A stretch of DNA of 64,000 bases from Nitrosarchaeum sp. (lineage in GTDB: Archaea > Thermoproteota > Nitrososphaeria > Nitrososphaerales > Nitrosopumilaceae): assembly GCA_965223865.1 (NCBI GenBank), contig OZ245020.1, positions 1,408,001 to 1,472,000 of the forward strand. Reading direction: 5' to 3'. A program made the position numbers and the translations under genes. The notes under the pieces are model-generated. The model saw only the letters and a program-made list of their open reading frames with translations. It had not been told where the DNA came from and made no database searches. This document shows, piece by piece, positions 10,083 through 19,890 of the stretch (positions are counted from its first letter, which is position 1; every line of letters begins with the position of its first letter).

Positions 10083-10541
10083 ATGGGAAGATTCGGATAC
10101 GCATTTCAAAATTATGACACAACAAAGCATGTCCGCTCTTCGTTAAGAGAAAAAGACATTTCACATAAACACGCTCGGGAAGTAGCTGTTGCAATTAAAG
10201 GACTAACAATTGAAAAAGCAAGAGATTATCTTCAGGCAATAATTAACAAAGAAAGAGCAGTTGCATTTAGAAGGTATAACAATCAAGTGGGCCATAGATC
10301 AGATCCAGGTATGATGTCTGGACGTTATCCTCAAAAGACAGCAAATGAATTCATCAAGGTATTAGATAATTTAGAATCAAATGCAGAATACAAAGGAATG
10401 GATTTAGATAGATTAAAAATTGTAAATGCAACTGTTCACAAAGGAGTTCTTGTAAAAAGATTCATTCCAAGAGCAATGGGAAGAGCAACTCCAAAGAACA
10501 ATGTATTAACACATGTAGAGTTGGTGGCTCAGGAGATTTAA
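10083..10541 (+). CDS. rpl22: 50S ribosomal protein L22
   Basis: GRYPQK, PRAMGRA. Confidence 0.96.
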   Translation: MGRFGYAFQNYDTTKHVRSSLREKDISHKHAREVAVAIKGLTIEKARDYLQAIINKERAVAFRRYNNQVGHRSDPGMMSGRYPQKTANEFIKVLDNLESNAEYKGMDLDRLKIVNATVHKGVLVKRFIPRAMGRATPKNNVLTHVELVAQEI

Positions 10542-10542
10542 A

Positions 10543-11298
10543 ATGTCATCAGTCAAAAATGTAATCAAAGATAACTACAACATGATGCTACTCAAAGATT
10601 ATCTTAGAGCAGCTATCAAAGAGGCAGGTTTTTCACATGCTGAAATTTCAAAAACACCAACAGGAACAAGAGTTGCATTACATGTAACAAGACCCGGAAT
10701 TGTAATTGGAAGAAAAGGTTCAGGAATTAGAGAGTTAACAGATAAACTTGCAGTAGATTTCGGATTAAAGAACCCACAAATTTCAGTTGTCGAAATTGAA
10801 AAACCAGAACTATCACCAAGTGTGATGTGTAACAGAATGGCATCACATATTGAGCGTGGAACAGCATTTAGAAGAGCAACAATGTGGACACTAAAACAAA
10901 TTATGGAAAATGGTGCAATGGGAGTACAAATTACAATTTCAGGTAAACTTCGCGGTGACCGTTCAGCTTTTGAAAAACACACTGCAGGAATATTACCAAG
11001 AGCTGGACATCATGCAGAAATAATTGTTGATGAGGACATTGCTCATGTAAAAACCCCAATGGGATTAATAGGAATTAGAATAAGAATAGCTAGAAAAGAA
11101 AAATACATTCCAGAATTTGAACTAAAGAAAGAAAAACCAAAAAAAGCACAGCAAGTAAGAGATGAAAAAACAGGAAAAATGAGAGATGAAACAGAAGCTG
11201 AAAGAAAAGCAAGAACAGAATCTGAACAAATCGCAATAGAGGAAGAGAAGATGAAAGAATTAGAAACACTAGAAGAAGAAGAGGCTAAATTGAAGTGA
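10543..11298 (+). CDS. rps3: 30S ribosomal protein S3
   Basis: [17 protein letters not shown]; acidic C-terminal tail. Confidence 0.96.
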   Translation: MSSVKNVIKDNYNMMLLKDYLRAAIKEAGFSHAEISKTPTGTRVALHVTRPGIVIGRKGSGIRELTDKLAVDFGLKNPQISVVEIEKPELSPSVMCNRMASHIERGTAFRRATMWTLKQIMENGAMGVQITISGKLRGDRSAFEKHTAGILPRAGHHAEIIVDEDIAHVKTPMGLIGIRIRIARKEKYIPEFELKKEKPKKAQQVRDEKTGKMRDETEAERKARTESEQIAIEEEKMKELETLEEEEAKLK

Positions 11299-11498
11299 CT
11301 CGAATAAGCATGAAAACAATTAGAGAGTTAAACGAAAAAGATCTTAAAAGTAAAATTCAAGAATCACGTAGTGAACTTGGAAAACTCAAAGTAGATGGTT
11401 CAAAAGGAACATTAAGAAAAGAAAGTGGAAAACTAAAACCATTAAGACACGATATTGCACGAATGCTTACAAGATTAAACGAGCTGAAAAAGAAATGA
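11295..11498 (+). CDS. rpl29: 50S ribosomal protein L29
   Basis: DIARMLT; operon position. Confidence 0.92.
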   Translation: MTRISMKTIRELNEKDLKSKIQESRSELGKLKVDGSKGTLRKESGKLKPLRHDIARMLTRLNELKKK

Positions 11499-11761
11499 TT
11501 ACAACACAAAACATCCTAAATCACGAATTAATTGGATTACATGCAGAAATTGTTGAATCAACGAATTCACAAATCATAGGATTAAATGGAAGAATTATTG
11601 ATGAAACAAAATCAATGATTACAATCAACACTGAAAAAGGAACTAAATCAATTGCAAAATCACAAAACAATTGGAAATTTTCAATTGACAACAAAGACAT
11701 TATTGTAAATGGTTTAAAAATTGCAAAAAGATCTTTTGATAGATTAGGAGTAAAAACATGA
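11495..11761 (+). CDS. rnp1: RNase P protein component 1 (Rpp29)
   Basis: HELIGL...G..G.IIDETK; canonical archaeal position. Confidence 0.9.
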   Translation: MITTQNILNHELIGLHAEIVESTNSQIIGLNGRIIDETKSMITINTEKGTKSIAKSQNNWKFSIDNKDIIVNGLKIAKRSFDRLGVKT

Positions 11762-12081
11762 ACAAAAATATCGGATTAAAAGTAAAGGAACCTACAAGAG
11801 AATGTACTGATAAGCATTGTCCATTTCACGGAAATTTGTCAGTTAGAGGAAAACTATTTGATGGAAAAGTAACAAGCAGTAAAGCTAAACAAACAATCAC
11901 ATTACAAAAAGAATCACCCGTTTACTTTAGTAAATTCAAGAGATATGCACGTAGTAAGAATACAATTCATGCTCACGTACCTGAATGCATAGATGTAGAG
12001 TCAGGCGATCACGTATTGACTGCTGAATGCAGACCAATCTCAAAGTCAATCTCATATGTAGTTGTGGAGGTTAGAGCTTAA
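11758..12081 (+). CDS. rps17: 30S ribosomal protein S17
   Basis: C.D.HCPFHG, ECRPISK. Confidence 0.96.
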   Translation: MNKNIGLKVKEPTRECTDKHCPFHGNLSVRGKLFDGKVTSSKAKQTITLQKESPVYFSKFKRYARSKNTIHAHVPECIDVESGDHVLTAECRPISKSISYVVVEVRA

Positions 12082-12503
12082 TGGCAAAGCAAGCTGGAAA
12101 GGGAGTAGCTGAATTTCGCCCATATGTTACAAGATCAATACCTATAGGAGCAAACATTGTTTGCGCTGATAATACTGGTGCAAAAATTTTAGAAATTGTA
12201 ATGGTTCAAAAACATAAAACTAGAGTATCTAGACTTCCTGCAGCAGCAGTTGGTGACTTTTGTAATGTTGTAGTAAAGAAAGGACCGGCAGAATTAAGAA
12301 AGCAAGTTTATGGTGCAGTAATAATCAGACAAAAATATCCAGTTCGTAGATTAAACGGTGTAAGAGTGTCCTTTGAGGATAATGCAGCTGTTTTGATCAC
12401 TCCAGAAGGAGAAGTTAAAGGAACAGACATCAAAGGACCAGTGGCAGCAGAAGCTTCGGAGAAATGGCCAAGAGTAGCTAACTTGGCATCAATGGTGGTA
12501 TAA
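12081..12503 (+). CDS. rpl14: 50S ribosomal protein L14
   Basis: [15 protein letters not shown]. Confidence 0.97.
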   Translation: MAKQAGKGVAEFRPYVTRSIPIGANIVCADNTGAKILEIVMVQKHKTRVSRLPAAAVGDFCNVVVKKGPAELRKQVYGAVIIRQKYPVRRLNGVRVSFEDNAAVLITPEGEVKGTDIKGPVAAEASEKWPRVANLASMVV

Positions 12504-12504
12504 A

Positions 12505-12930
12505 ATGAAACCAACAAAAATGAGAAATAATTTAATTTACCGTGCAACATTTAATGTGAAAAGTAAGCAATTAACAAGTCCTCTATCAAATGAATTAAGA
12601 AAAAAATATTCAAGGAAAAGTGTCAGAGTTGTTGAAGGAGACAGTGTAAAAATTGTCAGAGGAGAATTCAAAGGTGTAGATGGAAAAATATCTGAAATTT
12701 CAACTGCAAAAAATAGTGTAGCTATTGAAGGAATAAAAAAAGAAAAAACTAAAGGAGATAAATTTGATGTATACATACACACATCAAATCTTTTAGTTAC
12801 TGGTTTAAACACAGATGATAAATGGCGAATCAAAAAGCTAGAGAGAAAAAGGATTCAACCACAAGAAACTCCAGAGACAACCAAAGAAACAAAAGTAGAA
12901 AAAAGTGAAAGAAAGGAAGATGAGAATTAA
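12505..12930 (+). CDS. rpl24: 50S ribosomal protein L24
   Basis: KOW motif [12 protein letters not shown]. Confidence 0.95.
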   Translation: MKPTKMRNNLIYRATFNVKSKQLTSPLSNELRKKYSRKSVRVVEGDSVKIVRGEFKGVDGKISEISTAKNSVAIEGIKKEKTKGDKFDVYIHTSNLLVTGLNTDDKWRIKKLERKRIQPQETPETTKETKVEKSERKEDEN

Positions 12931-13646
12931 TGGTCAGTATTTCAGGTAGTAAAAAACTAAAAAGACAAATGGCCCCACAGTTTTGGGGAATCTCTAGAAA
13001 GGATAAGAGATTTGTAATTACTGTAAAACCAGGACCACATAAAAAAGCATATTCTATTCCAACAGCAGTATTTCTTAGAGATATGTTAAAAATTGTGACT
13101 AGTCTTAGGGAGGCAAAAGCATCAATTTATTCAGGAAAGGTAAAGATTGACGGAATTGTTAGAAAATCTCTTCATCATTCAATTGGATTGATGGATGTAA
13201 TTGAGTTAGAAAATGTGCCTGAGGTATACAGACTAGTCCCAATGGAAGGAAAATTACTAAGACCACTAAAAATTAACGAATCAGAAAAAAACAAAAAACT
13301 CGTTAGAGTTACCAGCAAATCGACTATCAGCAAAGGAAGAATGCAGATAGGATTTCATGATGGACGCTCAATAATATCAGACACCCAAGTAAGTGTCGGA
13401 GATACCTGCTTGATTCAAATTCCAGACCAAAAGATTCTCGAAGTAATCAAACTAGAAGCAGGTGTTCAGACCTTGGTAACAAGAGGAATTAATGCAGGAC
13501 AAATAGGAAAAGTAGAATCAATTGAAGAAGGAACCTTCATTCTGCCAAAGCGAGCAGTACTAGTTTTAGGAGAAAGGAAAATTGAAATTCCAGATGATAT
13601 TATCATGGCAATTGGAAAAGAGGAGCCAGCAATTCAGATAAAGTGA
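12930..13646 (+). CDS. rps4e: 30S ribosomal protein S4e
   Basis: PGPH, VKIDG, GLMDVI, HDGR. Confidence 0.96.
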   Translation: MVSISGSKKLKRQMAPQFWGISRKDKRFVITVKPGPHKKAYSIPTAVFLRDMLKIVTSLREAKASIYSGKVKIDGIVRKSLHHSIGLMDVIELENVPEVYRLVPMEGKLLRPLKINESEKNKKLVRVTSKSTISKGRMQIGFHDGRSIISDTQVSVGDTCLIQIPDQKILEVIKLEAGVQTLVTRGINAGQIGKVESIEEGTFILPKRAVLVLGERKIEIPDDIIMAIGKEEPAIQIK

Positions 13647-13650
13647 TCAT

Positions 13651-14172
13651 ATGTCCCAAGTAACAGAATCCCCAATGAAGAAAATCTCATTAGAGAAAGT
13701 TGTTCTAAATATGGGAGTAGGAAGATCAGGTGATGCAATAGAAATTGCAAAAAAAGCACTAGATCAAATTTCAGGTAAAAAATCATGTGCAAGAGATGCA
13801 AAAGAAACACAAAGAGATTGGGGAGTACGAAAAGGAGAACCAATAGGAGTAGCTGTAACAGTTAGAGGAGAAGATGCCAAAGCATTACTCAAAAGATTGT
13901 TTGAAGCAAAAGGCAATCAAGTAAACGGTAGAGCTTTTGATGATTTTGGAAATTACTCTTTTGGAATTAGAGAACACATTGATATTCCAGGTGTAAAATA
14001 TGATCCACAAATTGGAATTTTAGGTCTTGGAATTTCAGTGACATTAACTAGACCAGGGTATGGTATTAGAAAGAGAAGTAAACACAAAGCAAGTATTGGA
14101 AAAAAACACATTATCAAAAATCAAGAAGCAAAGGATTATCTAACAAAAAAATTTGGAGTGACAGTAGTATAA
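13651..14172 (+). CDS. rpl5: 50S ribosomal protein L5
   Basis: KVVLNMGVG, FD.FGN.SFGI.EHIDIPG..YDP.IGI. Confidence 0.97.
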   Translation: MSQVTESPMKKISLEKVVLNMGVGRSGDAIEIAKKALDQISGKKSCARDAKETQRDWGVRKGEPIGVAVTVRGEDAKALLKRLFEAKGNQVNGRAFDDFGNYSFGIREHIDIPGVKYDPQIGILGLGISVTLTRPGYGIRKRSKHKASIGKKHIIKNQEAKDYLTKKFGVTVV

Positions 14173-14351
14173 TGGCAAAAGACAGATCATACAAATTTAC
14201 AGGAAGAAAAAAGCATGACTTTGGAAGAGGTTCAAGATGGTGTAAGAGATGTGGGGACTATACTGCTGTTATTCAAAAATACGACTTGATGATTTGTAGA
14301 AGATGTTTCAGAGAAGTAGCAACATCTTTGGGATTTAGGAAGAATAGGTGA
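14172..14351 (+). CDS. rps14: 30S ribosomal protein S14 (zinc type; missed by ORF track)
   Basis: Manual read MAKDRSY...GRGSRWCKRCG...KYDLMICRRCFREVA..LGFRK. Confidence 0.96.
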   Translation: MAKDRSYKFTGRKKHDFGRGSRWCKRCGDYTAVIQKYDLMICRRCFREVATSLGFRKNR

Positions 14352-14356
14352 GAATA

Positions 14357-14749
14357 ATGCCAGCAACAAATGTTTTAGCAAATTTATTTAACACATTATA
14401 CAATAATGAATCTAGAAGAAAAGGAGATTGTGTTATTCTTCCAACTTCAAAACTTGGAATTGAAGTTTTAAAGACTTTGCAAAAAGATGGATATATTGGA
14501 GAATTTGAGCATATAGATGATAAAAGAGGTGGAAAATTCAAAATTAAACTGCTAGCCAAAATCACAAAGTGTGGTGCAATTTCACCACGATTCAAGGTAA
14601 AAAGCGACCAGTATAATAACTGGGAACAGCAGTATTTACCAGCATACAACAGAGGAATGTTAGTAGTTACAACGAATCAAGGTGTGATGTCACATCATGA
14701 GGCAGTTAACAAAGGATTAGGAGGATTTTTGATAGGATATGTCTACTGA
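14357..14749 (+). CDS. rps8: 30S ribosomal protein S8
   Basis: GYIGEFE, CGAISPRF, TTNQGVMSH. Confidence 0.96.
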   Translation: MPATNVLANLFNTLYNNESRRKGDCVILPTSKLGIEVLKTLQKDGYIGEFEHIDDKRGGKFKIKLLAKITKCGAISPRFKVKSDQYNNWEQQYLPAYNRGMLVVTTNQGVMSHHEAVNKGLGGFLIGYVY

Positions 14750-15296
14750 GCAATTAGAAAAATTGGAAGATGTTGTCGAGATTCCAGAAGGAGTCACAAT
14801 CACTCAAAAAAAACACATGTTGCAATTTCAAGGACCATTAGGCAAAACATACAAAAGTTTTAGAAGTATTCCTGTCAATTTGAAGATCAAAGATGACAAA
14901 GTACACCTTAAAGCACAAGGAAAAAGAAAAAGAGATTACTCTATCTTACATACTGCAAGATCAATTATTAGGAACATATGTGAAGGCCTAGTTAACGGAT
15001 ACACAATTAAAATGAAAGTAGTTTTTGCACACTTTCCAATTACAGTTAAAGTTGAAGGAAAGACAGTAAAAATTGAAAACTTTCAAGGTGAAAGAGCACC
15101 AAGAACAACTACAATAGTAGGAAACACCAAGGTAATTCCAAAAGGAGAAGATGTGATTTTAACTGGAGAGGTCTGGACAGACATTACTCAGACAGCTGCA
15201 AACATAGAATTACACACCAAAGTTAAAAATAAAGATCATAGAGTCTTCTTGGATGGAATTTATGTATACGAGAAGAAAAAAGGTATTGAAAAATAG
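14739..15296 (+). CDS. rpl6: 50S ribosomal protein L6
   Basis: AHFPI, QTAANIE, D.RVFLDGIY. Confidence 0.96.
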   Translation: MSTEQLEKLEDVVEIPEGVTITQKKHMLQFQGPLGKTYKSFRSIPVNLKIKDDKVHLKAQGKRKRDYSILHTARSIIRNICEGLVNGYTIKMKVVFAHFPITVKVEGKTVKIENFQGERAPRTTTIVGNTKVIPKGEDVILTGEVWTDITQTAANIELHTKVKNKDHRVFLDGIYVYEKKKGIEK

Positions 15297-15322
15297 AACC
15301 TTTTTGATTTTGAGAAAAACTA

Positions 15323-15610
15323 ATGACTCTAGATCCTGAATTTACAAATCAAACAAAAGAACTCATTACCCAAACTCTTGAATTATACAAAAAAGCAGGC
15401 GCATCTCCAAGAGTAGGCCAGTTATGGGAATGTGAAAATGTTGGAGATTTCTTGTGCGGGTTTTTTGTAGGAGAAATGGTTGGTTCAGCACTCAGTGCTT
15501 TTCAAATAGTTCACAAACGAGAGCCAACAGCTGATGAACACATGGAAATAATCGAGTTAGTCGAGAGTTATTCAAAAGAAATCAAAGAATTTTTTGCAAA
15601 ATTTAACTGA
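15323..15610 (+). CDS. Hypothetical protein
   Basis: 95-aa ORF following rpl6. Confidence 0.7.
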   Translation: MTLDPEFTNQTKELITQTLELYKKAGASPRVGQLWECENVGDFLCGFFVGEMVGSALSAFQIVHKREPTADEHMEIIELVESYSKEIKEFFAKFN

Positions 15611-15682
15611 CAGTATTTTACATTTACTTTAAAATAGATAGTCGCAAGGATTAAATCACTTTTACCTAGGTACAAATCTGTT

Positions 15683-15756
15683 GCCGCCCTAGCTCAGCGT
15701 GGTAGAGCATCCGACTGTTAATCGGACGGTCGTCAGTTCAAGTCTGATGGGCGGCG
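15683..15756 (+). tRNA. tRNA-Asn(GTT)
   Basis: Acceptor GCCGCCC/GGGCGGC, D-arm AGCTCAGCGTGGTAGAGC, anticodon arm TCCGA-CTGTTAA-TCGGA, T-loop GTTCAAG; no intron, no encoded CCA. Confidence 0.97.
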
Positions 15757-15760
15757 CTTC

Positions 15761-15788
15761 TTATTTCTAAATTCGAAATTTGAAATAT
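15761..15788. repeat. 11-6-11 palindrome, copy 1
   Basis: TTATTTCTAAA TTCGAA ATTTGAAATAT. Confidence 0.75.
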
Positions 15789-15829
15789 CTTTTTCCATTA
15801 CTGAAAATCAGGAGGATCATCAAATCAAA

Positions 15830-15857
15830 ATATTTCTAAACTCGAATATTGAAATAT
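15830..15857. repeat. 11-6-11 palindrome, copy 2
   Basis: ATATTTCTAAA CTCGAA TATTGAAATAT. Confidence 0.7.
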
Positions 15858-15945
15858 TGATCGGTAACAACAATTTTGTTTAGACTATTAGACTAGATAG
15901 ATCTAATAGATGATCGCATATCAGTAATAATGCAGGAGGTATACA

Positions 15946-16191
15946 TTGGTCAGAACTAGAAGGGCCAATAGGTATTGTGTTGATTGTGGTGCAAGACTTG
16001 TATATTATCCAAGATTATCAAATCCCAAAGCCCCAAATGAGCACAGAGTCTTAGTATATGCATGTCCAGATTGTACAGATGACTTTGAAAAACCAAAAAT
16101 GTTTTCAATTAGACGAAATCAAGTAGAAGATCCTTTAGAGACAGTTGAAATTGAAATTACTCAATTGCAGAAAAAATCAGTTGTAAAATGA
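15946..16191 (+). CDS. Small zinc-ribbon protein
   Basis: CVDCG...CPDC. Confidence 0.7.
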   Translation: MVRTRRANRYCVDCGARLVYYPRLSNPKAPNEHRVLVYACPDCTDDFEKPKMFSIRRNQVEDPLETVEIEITQLQKKSVVK

Positions 16192-16225
16192 ATGAAATTT
16201 ATTGATAAATCAGAGAAGAAAAAAC

Positions 16226-16450
16226 ATGTATCCTGAAAAACCAAGAAGTAACCTCTGGTTTCTTTTGCCGATATTTTTAGGATTAATAGGTGGAGTTATT
16301 GCATATTTTGTTTTAAGAAACGATGATCCAAAAAAAGCGAAAAATTGTCTTTTTCTTGGTATTGTTTTGGCAATAATAGGAATACTCTTGAATCTACTAC
16401 TAGCATTTCAAATTCCAGGAATTGATCAAGGGTTTAACGTTAATGTCTAA
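16226..16450 (+). CDS. Small two-TM membrane protein
   Basis: W.LLPI.LG.IGG.IAY...DDPKKAKNCL. Confidence 0.75.
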   Translation: MYPEKPRSNLWFLLPIFLGLIGGVIAYFVLRNDDPKKAKNCLFLGIVLAIIGILLNLLLAFQIPGIDQGFNVNV

Positions 16451-16493
16451 ACAAAGGTAAGAAAATTCATAGTAAACTAGGCGTTGATTTATA

Positions 16494-16521
16494 ATATTTC
16501 AAATTTCGAAATTTGAAATGT
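16494..16521. repeat. 11-6-11 palindrome, copy 3
   Basis: ATATTTCAAAT TTCGAA ATTTGAAATGT. Confidence 0.75.
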
Positions 16522-16587
16522 AGAAAATTAACAATGTAAAACAACCAATAATTTAGAAACATATAACAGCAGAAAAAATAATTTTTC

Positions 16588-17037
16588 ATGAGCAATTCAA
16601 AACTCAGAGACAATATAGAAAGATGGTTGATTCACGAAAGTCTTTCATTTGAGGAAATAAAGAGTGGCGAAAACAGTTTCCATGTTTTGGTAAAGCATGC
16701 AGGCGAATTTGGAATTCCTGTAGAAATTTTTGAGCCAAAAGCACAACCAGGAGTAATAGTAATTGGAGCCAAGGTAATAATGAAGAATAATCAAATTGCA
16801 AGATATTTGGGATTTAATGATGATGAAAAAGCCAGATTTGAAAAAAAAGTGGGAGATTTTTGTTATTCCATTCAGGCAATCAACAAGATGATTGTAGAGG
16901 ATGGAAAGCAAAAGGTAGGAGTTTTTGTCGTATTAGATGATAAAACAAACATCAATCAGCAGACAGTATTTGATGCAATTGATAGGGTTTCAGAAATGCA
17001 TGAAAAAACTTCACGTTTTCTTATGAAGACATTCTAA
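16588..17037 (+). CDS. Hypothetical protein (DUF2299-like)
   Basis: I..WL..E.L N-terminus resembles archaeal DUF2299. Confidence 0.6.
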   Translation: MSNSKLRDNIERWLIHESLSFEEIKSGENSFHVLVKHAGEFGIPVEIFEPKAQPGVIVIGAKVIMKNNQIARYLGFNDDEKARFEKKVGDFCYSIQAINKMIVEDGKQKVGVFVVLDDKTNINQQTVFDAIDRVSEMHEKTSRFLMKTF

Positions 17038-17114
17038 AATATTGATGAATTATAACCTGTCAAGTCATCGGAGTTTTCCTCGAAAAAAGAGAGAAAAAAT
17101 TGAATTTCTAAAAA

Positions 17115-17217
17115 TTGTGCCTAGGGGTTAAACCCCCCTCGAAATTTAACTCATTTAGGCATGATATCGTTTTTTCAAAATTACCTATTTTGAGGGGGGG
17201 TTGAACACTTGTGCCTA
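17115..17217. mobile_element. MITE-like element: 85 bp with imperfect 22-bp TIRs and 9-bp flanking direct repeat
   Basis: TTGTGCCTA at 17115 and 17209 flank 17124-17208, whose ends match 17/22 as inverted repeats. Confidence 0.5.
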
Positions 17218-17340
17218 ATTATGAAATCCAACTGTCAAATCGCCAAGGTCTCCCAGCTAAACATGTATCAAGTTTTATTGTTGTGTGTAAAAGCTAAACC
17301 CCCTTAAATTATGATAAAAAAAGAAAAAAAGGACGTTTTT

Positions 17341-17984
17341 TTAAGCGGTTGGAACGATACAAACTGCTGCAAAGTCTGCAGGATCAGTTATAGTATTTCC
17401 ATTTGCGTCAACAGGATCAAGGTCAAATGCCGCAGAACCACCGGGTTGTCCCACAGTGAAATCTTGTAGGTTGCCATTTAGTGCTCCAACAAATCCTTCA
17501 GTCCCAATATCAATACCTGTACCAATAAGGTTCTTTCCGGCAATAATTAGCCTCTCAGTGGGTTGATCGTATGTAAGTTCGCCAATTGCCATGAAGTCAC
17601 AAAGATCACTTTCTACAGGATGAACTAAATGAGCATGCCATTCATTTCCACAAGCGACATCTGTAACATTGCATATAGCTGCAATTGCGCCTACCTGGTT
17701 AGCCACTTGATCAGATGTTGGTGCCTGTTGTGCAGGACTGTCAAAGAATCCTTCATGTGAAGTGAATGCTATGACATGACCGCCATCAGTAAATAATGCA
17801 TAACCTCCAAACGGATGTTTTGGTACATTATCATCTAGTTGAAATCTTAGTTTTTTGATTTCATCACCAACCACTTTGGTTTGAATTTTGTTGATGCCTG
17901 TTATCGCATCGGCCACTGCAGGAACTGTAACTGCTAGGGTCAAAACTGCCATCAAAGTAGTCCTAAAAGGAGTTTTCTAGTCAT
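17341..17984 (-). CDS. Secreted His/Cys-motif protein; signal peptide appears split by a 1-nt frameshift
   Basis: ATG 17984 gives MTRKLLLGLL then stop; the shifted frame continues LMAVLTLAVTVPAVADA; TSHEG and WHAH motifs; GC richer than flanks. Confidence 0.65.
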
Positions 17985-18115
17985 TAGTACAAATCTCGAA
18001 TAAATTGAATTTAAAGTGATCTTTACACATGAAATTATGAATAACAATAATCGAATAGATAAGTAAACAAGAGAGATAATAGCATCAAGGAAATGGAAAA
18101 TTTTAGATATCAAAA

Positions 18116-18151
18116 TATAATATTTCTAAATTCGAATTTAGAAATATTATA
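18116..18151. repeat. Perfect 36-bp palindrome (11-6-11 core), copy 4
   Basis: TATAATATTTCTAAATTCGAATTTAGAAATATTATA. Confidence 0.85.
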
Positions 18152-18159
18152 AAATTCTA

Positions 18160-18567
18160 TCATTCATTCATCTTTAATTCAGGAAGAATAAAGACATGTT
18201 CAGGTTTAATTTTGAGAATAATTCTCTTTTCATCTTGTCTTTTGAAAGGATAATGATCACGGTTCATGTACTGCTTTGTTAGTTTATCAGCATGTTTGTA
18301 TTCATAGTCAGGAGTAATTTCTTCTACTTTACCTCTAATTGTTGTCATATCTAATGGATTCTCCTTAGAAACTACAGATACTGCAACACGAGGATCACGA
18401 AGAACATTTTTGTGTTTTATTCGTCCTTCTGCAGTGTTTATCAAAATGTGTTCATCTTCATAATTTGCCCACACGGGAGATAGTTGTGGGGAGCCATCCT
18501 TCATCACAGTTGCAATAAAAACCAAGTTTTTGGCGCCAAAAAGTTCAATTGCCTTTTGCTCCATCAT
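18160..18567 (-). CDS. PPOX-class F420-dependent oxidoreductase
   Basis: AT..KDGSPQ.SPVW, GR.K..N..RDPRVAVSV. Confidence 0.85.
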   Translation of the reverse strand: MMEQKAIELFGAKNLVFIATVMKDGSPQLSPVWANYEDEHILINTAEGRIKHKNVLRDPRVAVSVVSKENPLDMTTIRGKVEEITPDYEYKHADKLTKQYMNRDHYPFKRQDEKRIILKIKPEHVFILPELKMNE

Positions 18568-18589
18568 ATTTTTCTATAATTTAGATAAT

Positions 18590-18856
18590 TTAAATTTCAT
18601 TTCTCCAAATAGTGTCAAGACTTTCTATTTTTTCAAGAATGTCAATTGCTGTCTGATTGTCTCGATTTTGCATAGCAACTGAGAATTCATAGCCAAGTCT
18701 TATTGCCTCAGGGCTCAGATCCTTTATCTTTGTCAAGTCTTTGCCCTCACGACGTATCCGCTCGCCTATAGCACAGGTCTTCCAGTTGTATGAAAGGTCC
18801 TGATGTTTCTGCTCTAGCCTTTGCTGGACAATCTCCCTCCATTGGGGCAACTCCAT
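18590..18856 (-). CDS. Hypothetical protein
   Basis: ORF downstream of the HTH gene; start taken at MELPQW. Confidence 0.55.
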   Translation of the reverse strand: MELPQWREIVQQRLEQKHQDLSYNWKTCAIGERIRREGKDLTKIKDLSPEAIRLGYEFSVAMQNRDNQTAIDILEKIESLDTIWRNEI

Positions 18857-18949
18857 TTTTTTTAGTAATTGTTCGGTTTTTTGAGTATAGAATACCCTAA
18901 CCACACCGTACAATCACTCTATGTGATATTTTAGCATTGCATCAAACTG

Positions 18950-19501
18950 TCAGGTGCGCAATTTTTTTGCCCGCAAACCGCTATTTTTGCCAGAATTTTT
19001 CGCTTTTGGTTTCTCCAGTAGTCTAGTCATGGCTCTGTTGACTATCTCCATTAGGATATACTGCGAGTATGACGGATCCAATCTTTGCTTTGATTTCAGA
19101 GTTGCCTTTGGGGCAAGGGTATCTAGAACGTCTTCGAGTTTTTTTGAGGTGTTTTTTATTACAGAAGAATATTTTGTATCAAAATCTTCTGGGACATTAT
19201 ATCCAAGTAACTTAGTTGAGGTACTGTAGTATTTTGTGATGGCTCCTCGTGTCTCTTCAATTTTAGCAATCTCAATTAGACCTGCCTCTTTTAGTATGTC
19301 CAAGTGGTGCCTAACAGTGGTCAATGCTTTTACGTGTCCAGATTTTTTCAGATGATGACAAATTTGTGCAGCAGTTAACAATTTTTTGTACAGCAACTGA
19401 ACTATCTTTATTCGCGCAGGATCATCCATAGCACGAGCTTGTTCAATATTTGTCGTAACGGTACGACTTACTATTACAGGCTTTTCTAACAGTGTTGACA
19501 T
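18950..19501 (-). CDS. ArsR/SmtB-like winged-helix regulator
   Basis: DPARIKI..LL, TTVRHHL.ILKEAGLI, RGA..KYY. Confidence 0.85.
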   Translation of the reverse strand: MSTLLEKPVIVSRTVTTNIEQARAMDDPARIKIVQLLYKKLLTAAQICHHLKKSGHVKALTTVRHHLDILKEAGLIEIAKIEETRGAITKYYSTSTKLLGYNVPEDFDTKYSSVIKNTSKKLEDVLDTLAPKATLKSKQRLDPSYSQYILMEIVNRAMTRLLEKPKAKNSGKNSGLRAKKLRT

Positions 19502-19890
19502 GCCAATTGATTATTCTGATACAAGCTAAAAGTTGACAGTATCATGTTTTTTGGCCAAATAGATCAATTTTTTTTAATGTCGATAATTTTGATATTACTT
19601 GTTTTAAACTACTATCATAATTATTGTAGAGGTTCCTATGTTTTTTGTATCATTATCAACAAACTAGTATTGATATCATCAACATCATTATAATATCAAA
19701 AAACCAAGTGGGAGCTTATTTTAGTAATAGCATTATCATGTCAATTAGAATTTGGAACAAAACGCCAAATTCTGAGAGGTTTTGTTAGAATATGAGTAAT
19801 AAAGGGACGGATTACACAGACATCAAAAATAAAATTCGAGTTGAAACTCTAGATTATGCTTGATTTTGTGGTAGGGTAATCAAGATAGAG

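Noticed and set aside
17124-17208. Replication origin (inverted G-strings around an AT-rich core)
   Set aside because: No TTCCA...GAAAC ORB consensus and no orc1/cdc6 nearby.
15757-19880. Integrated provirus or ICE at tRNA-Asn
   Set aside because: No integrase, no viral hallmark genes and no duplicated tRNA 3' end seen.
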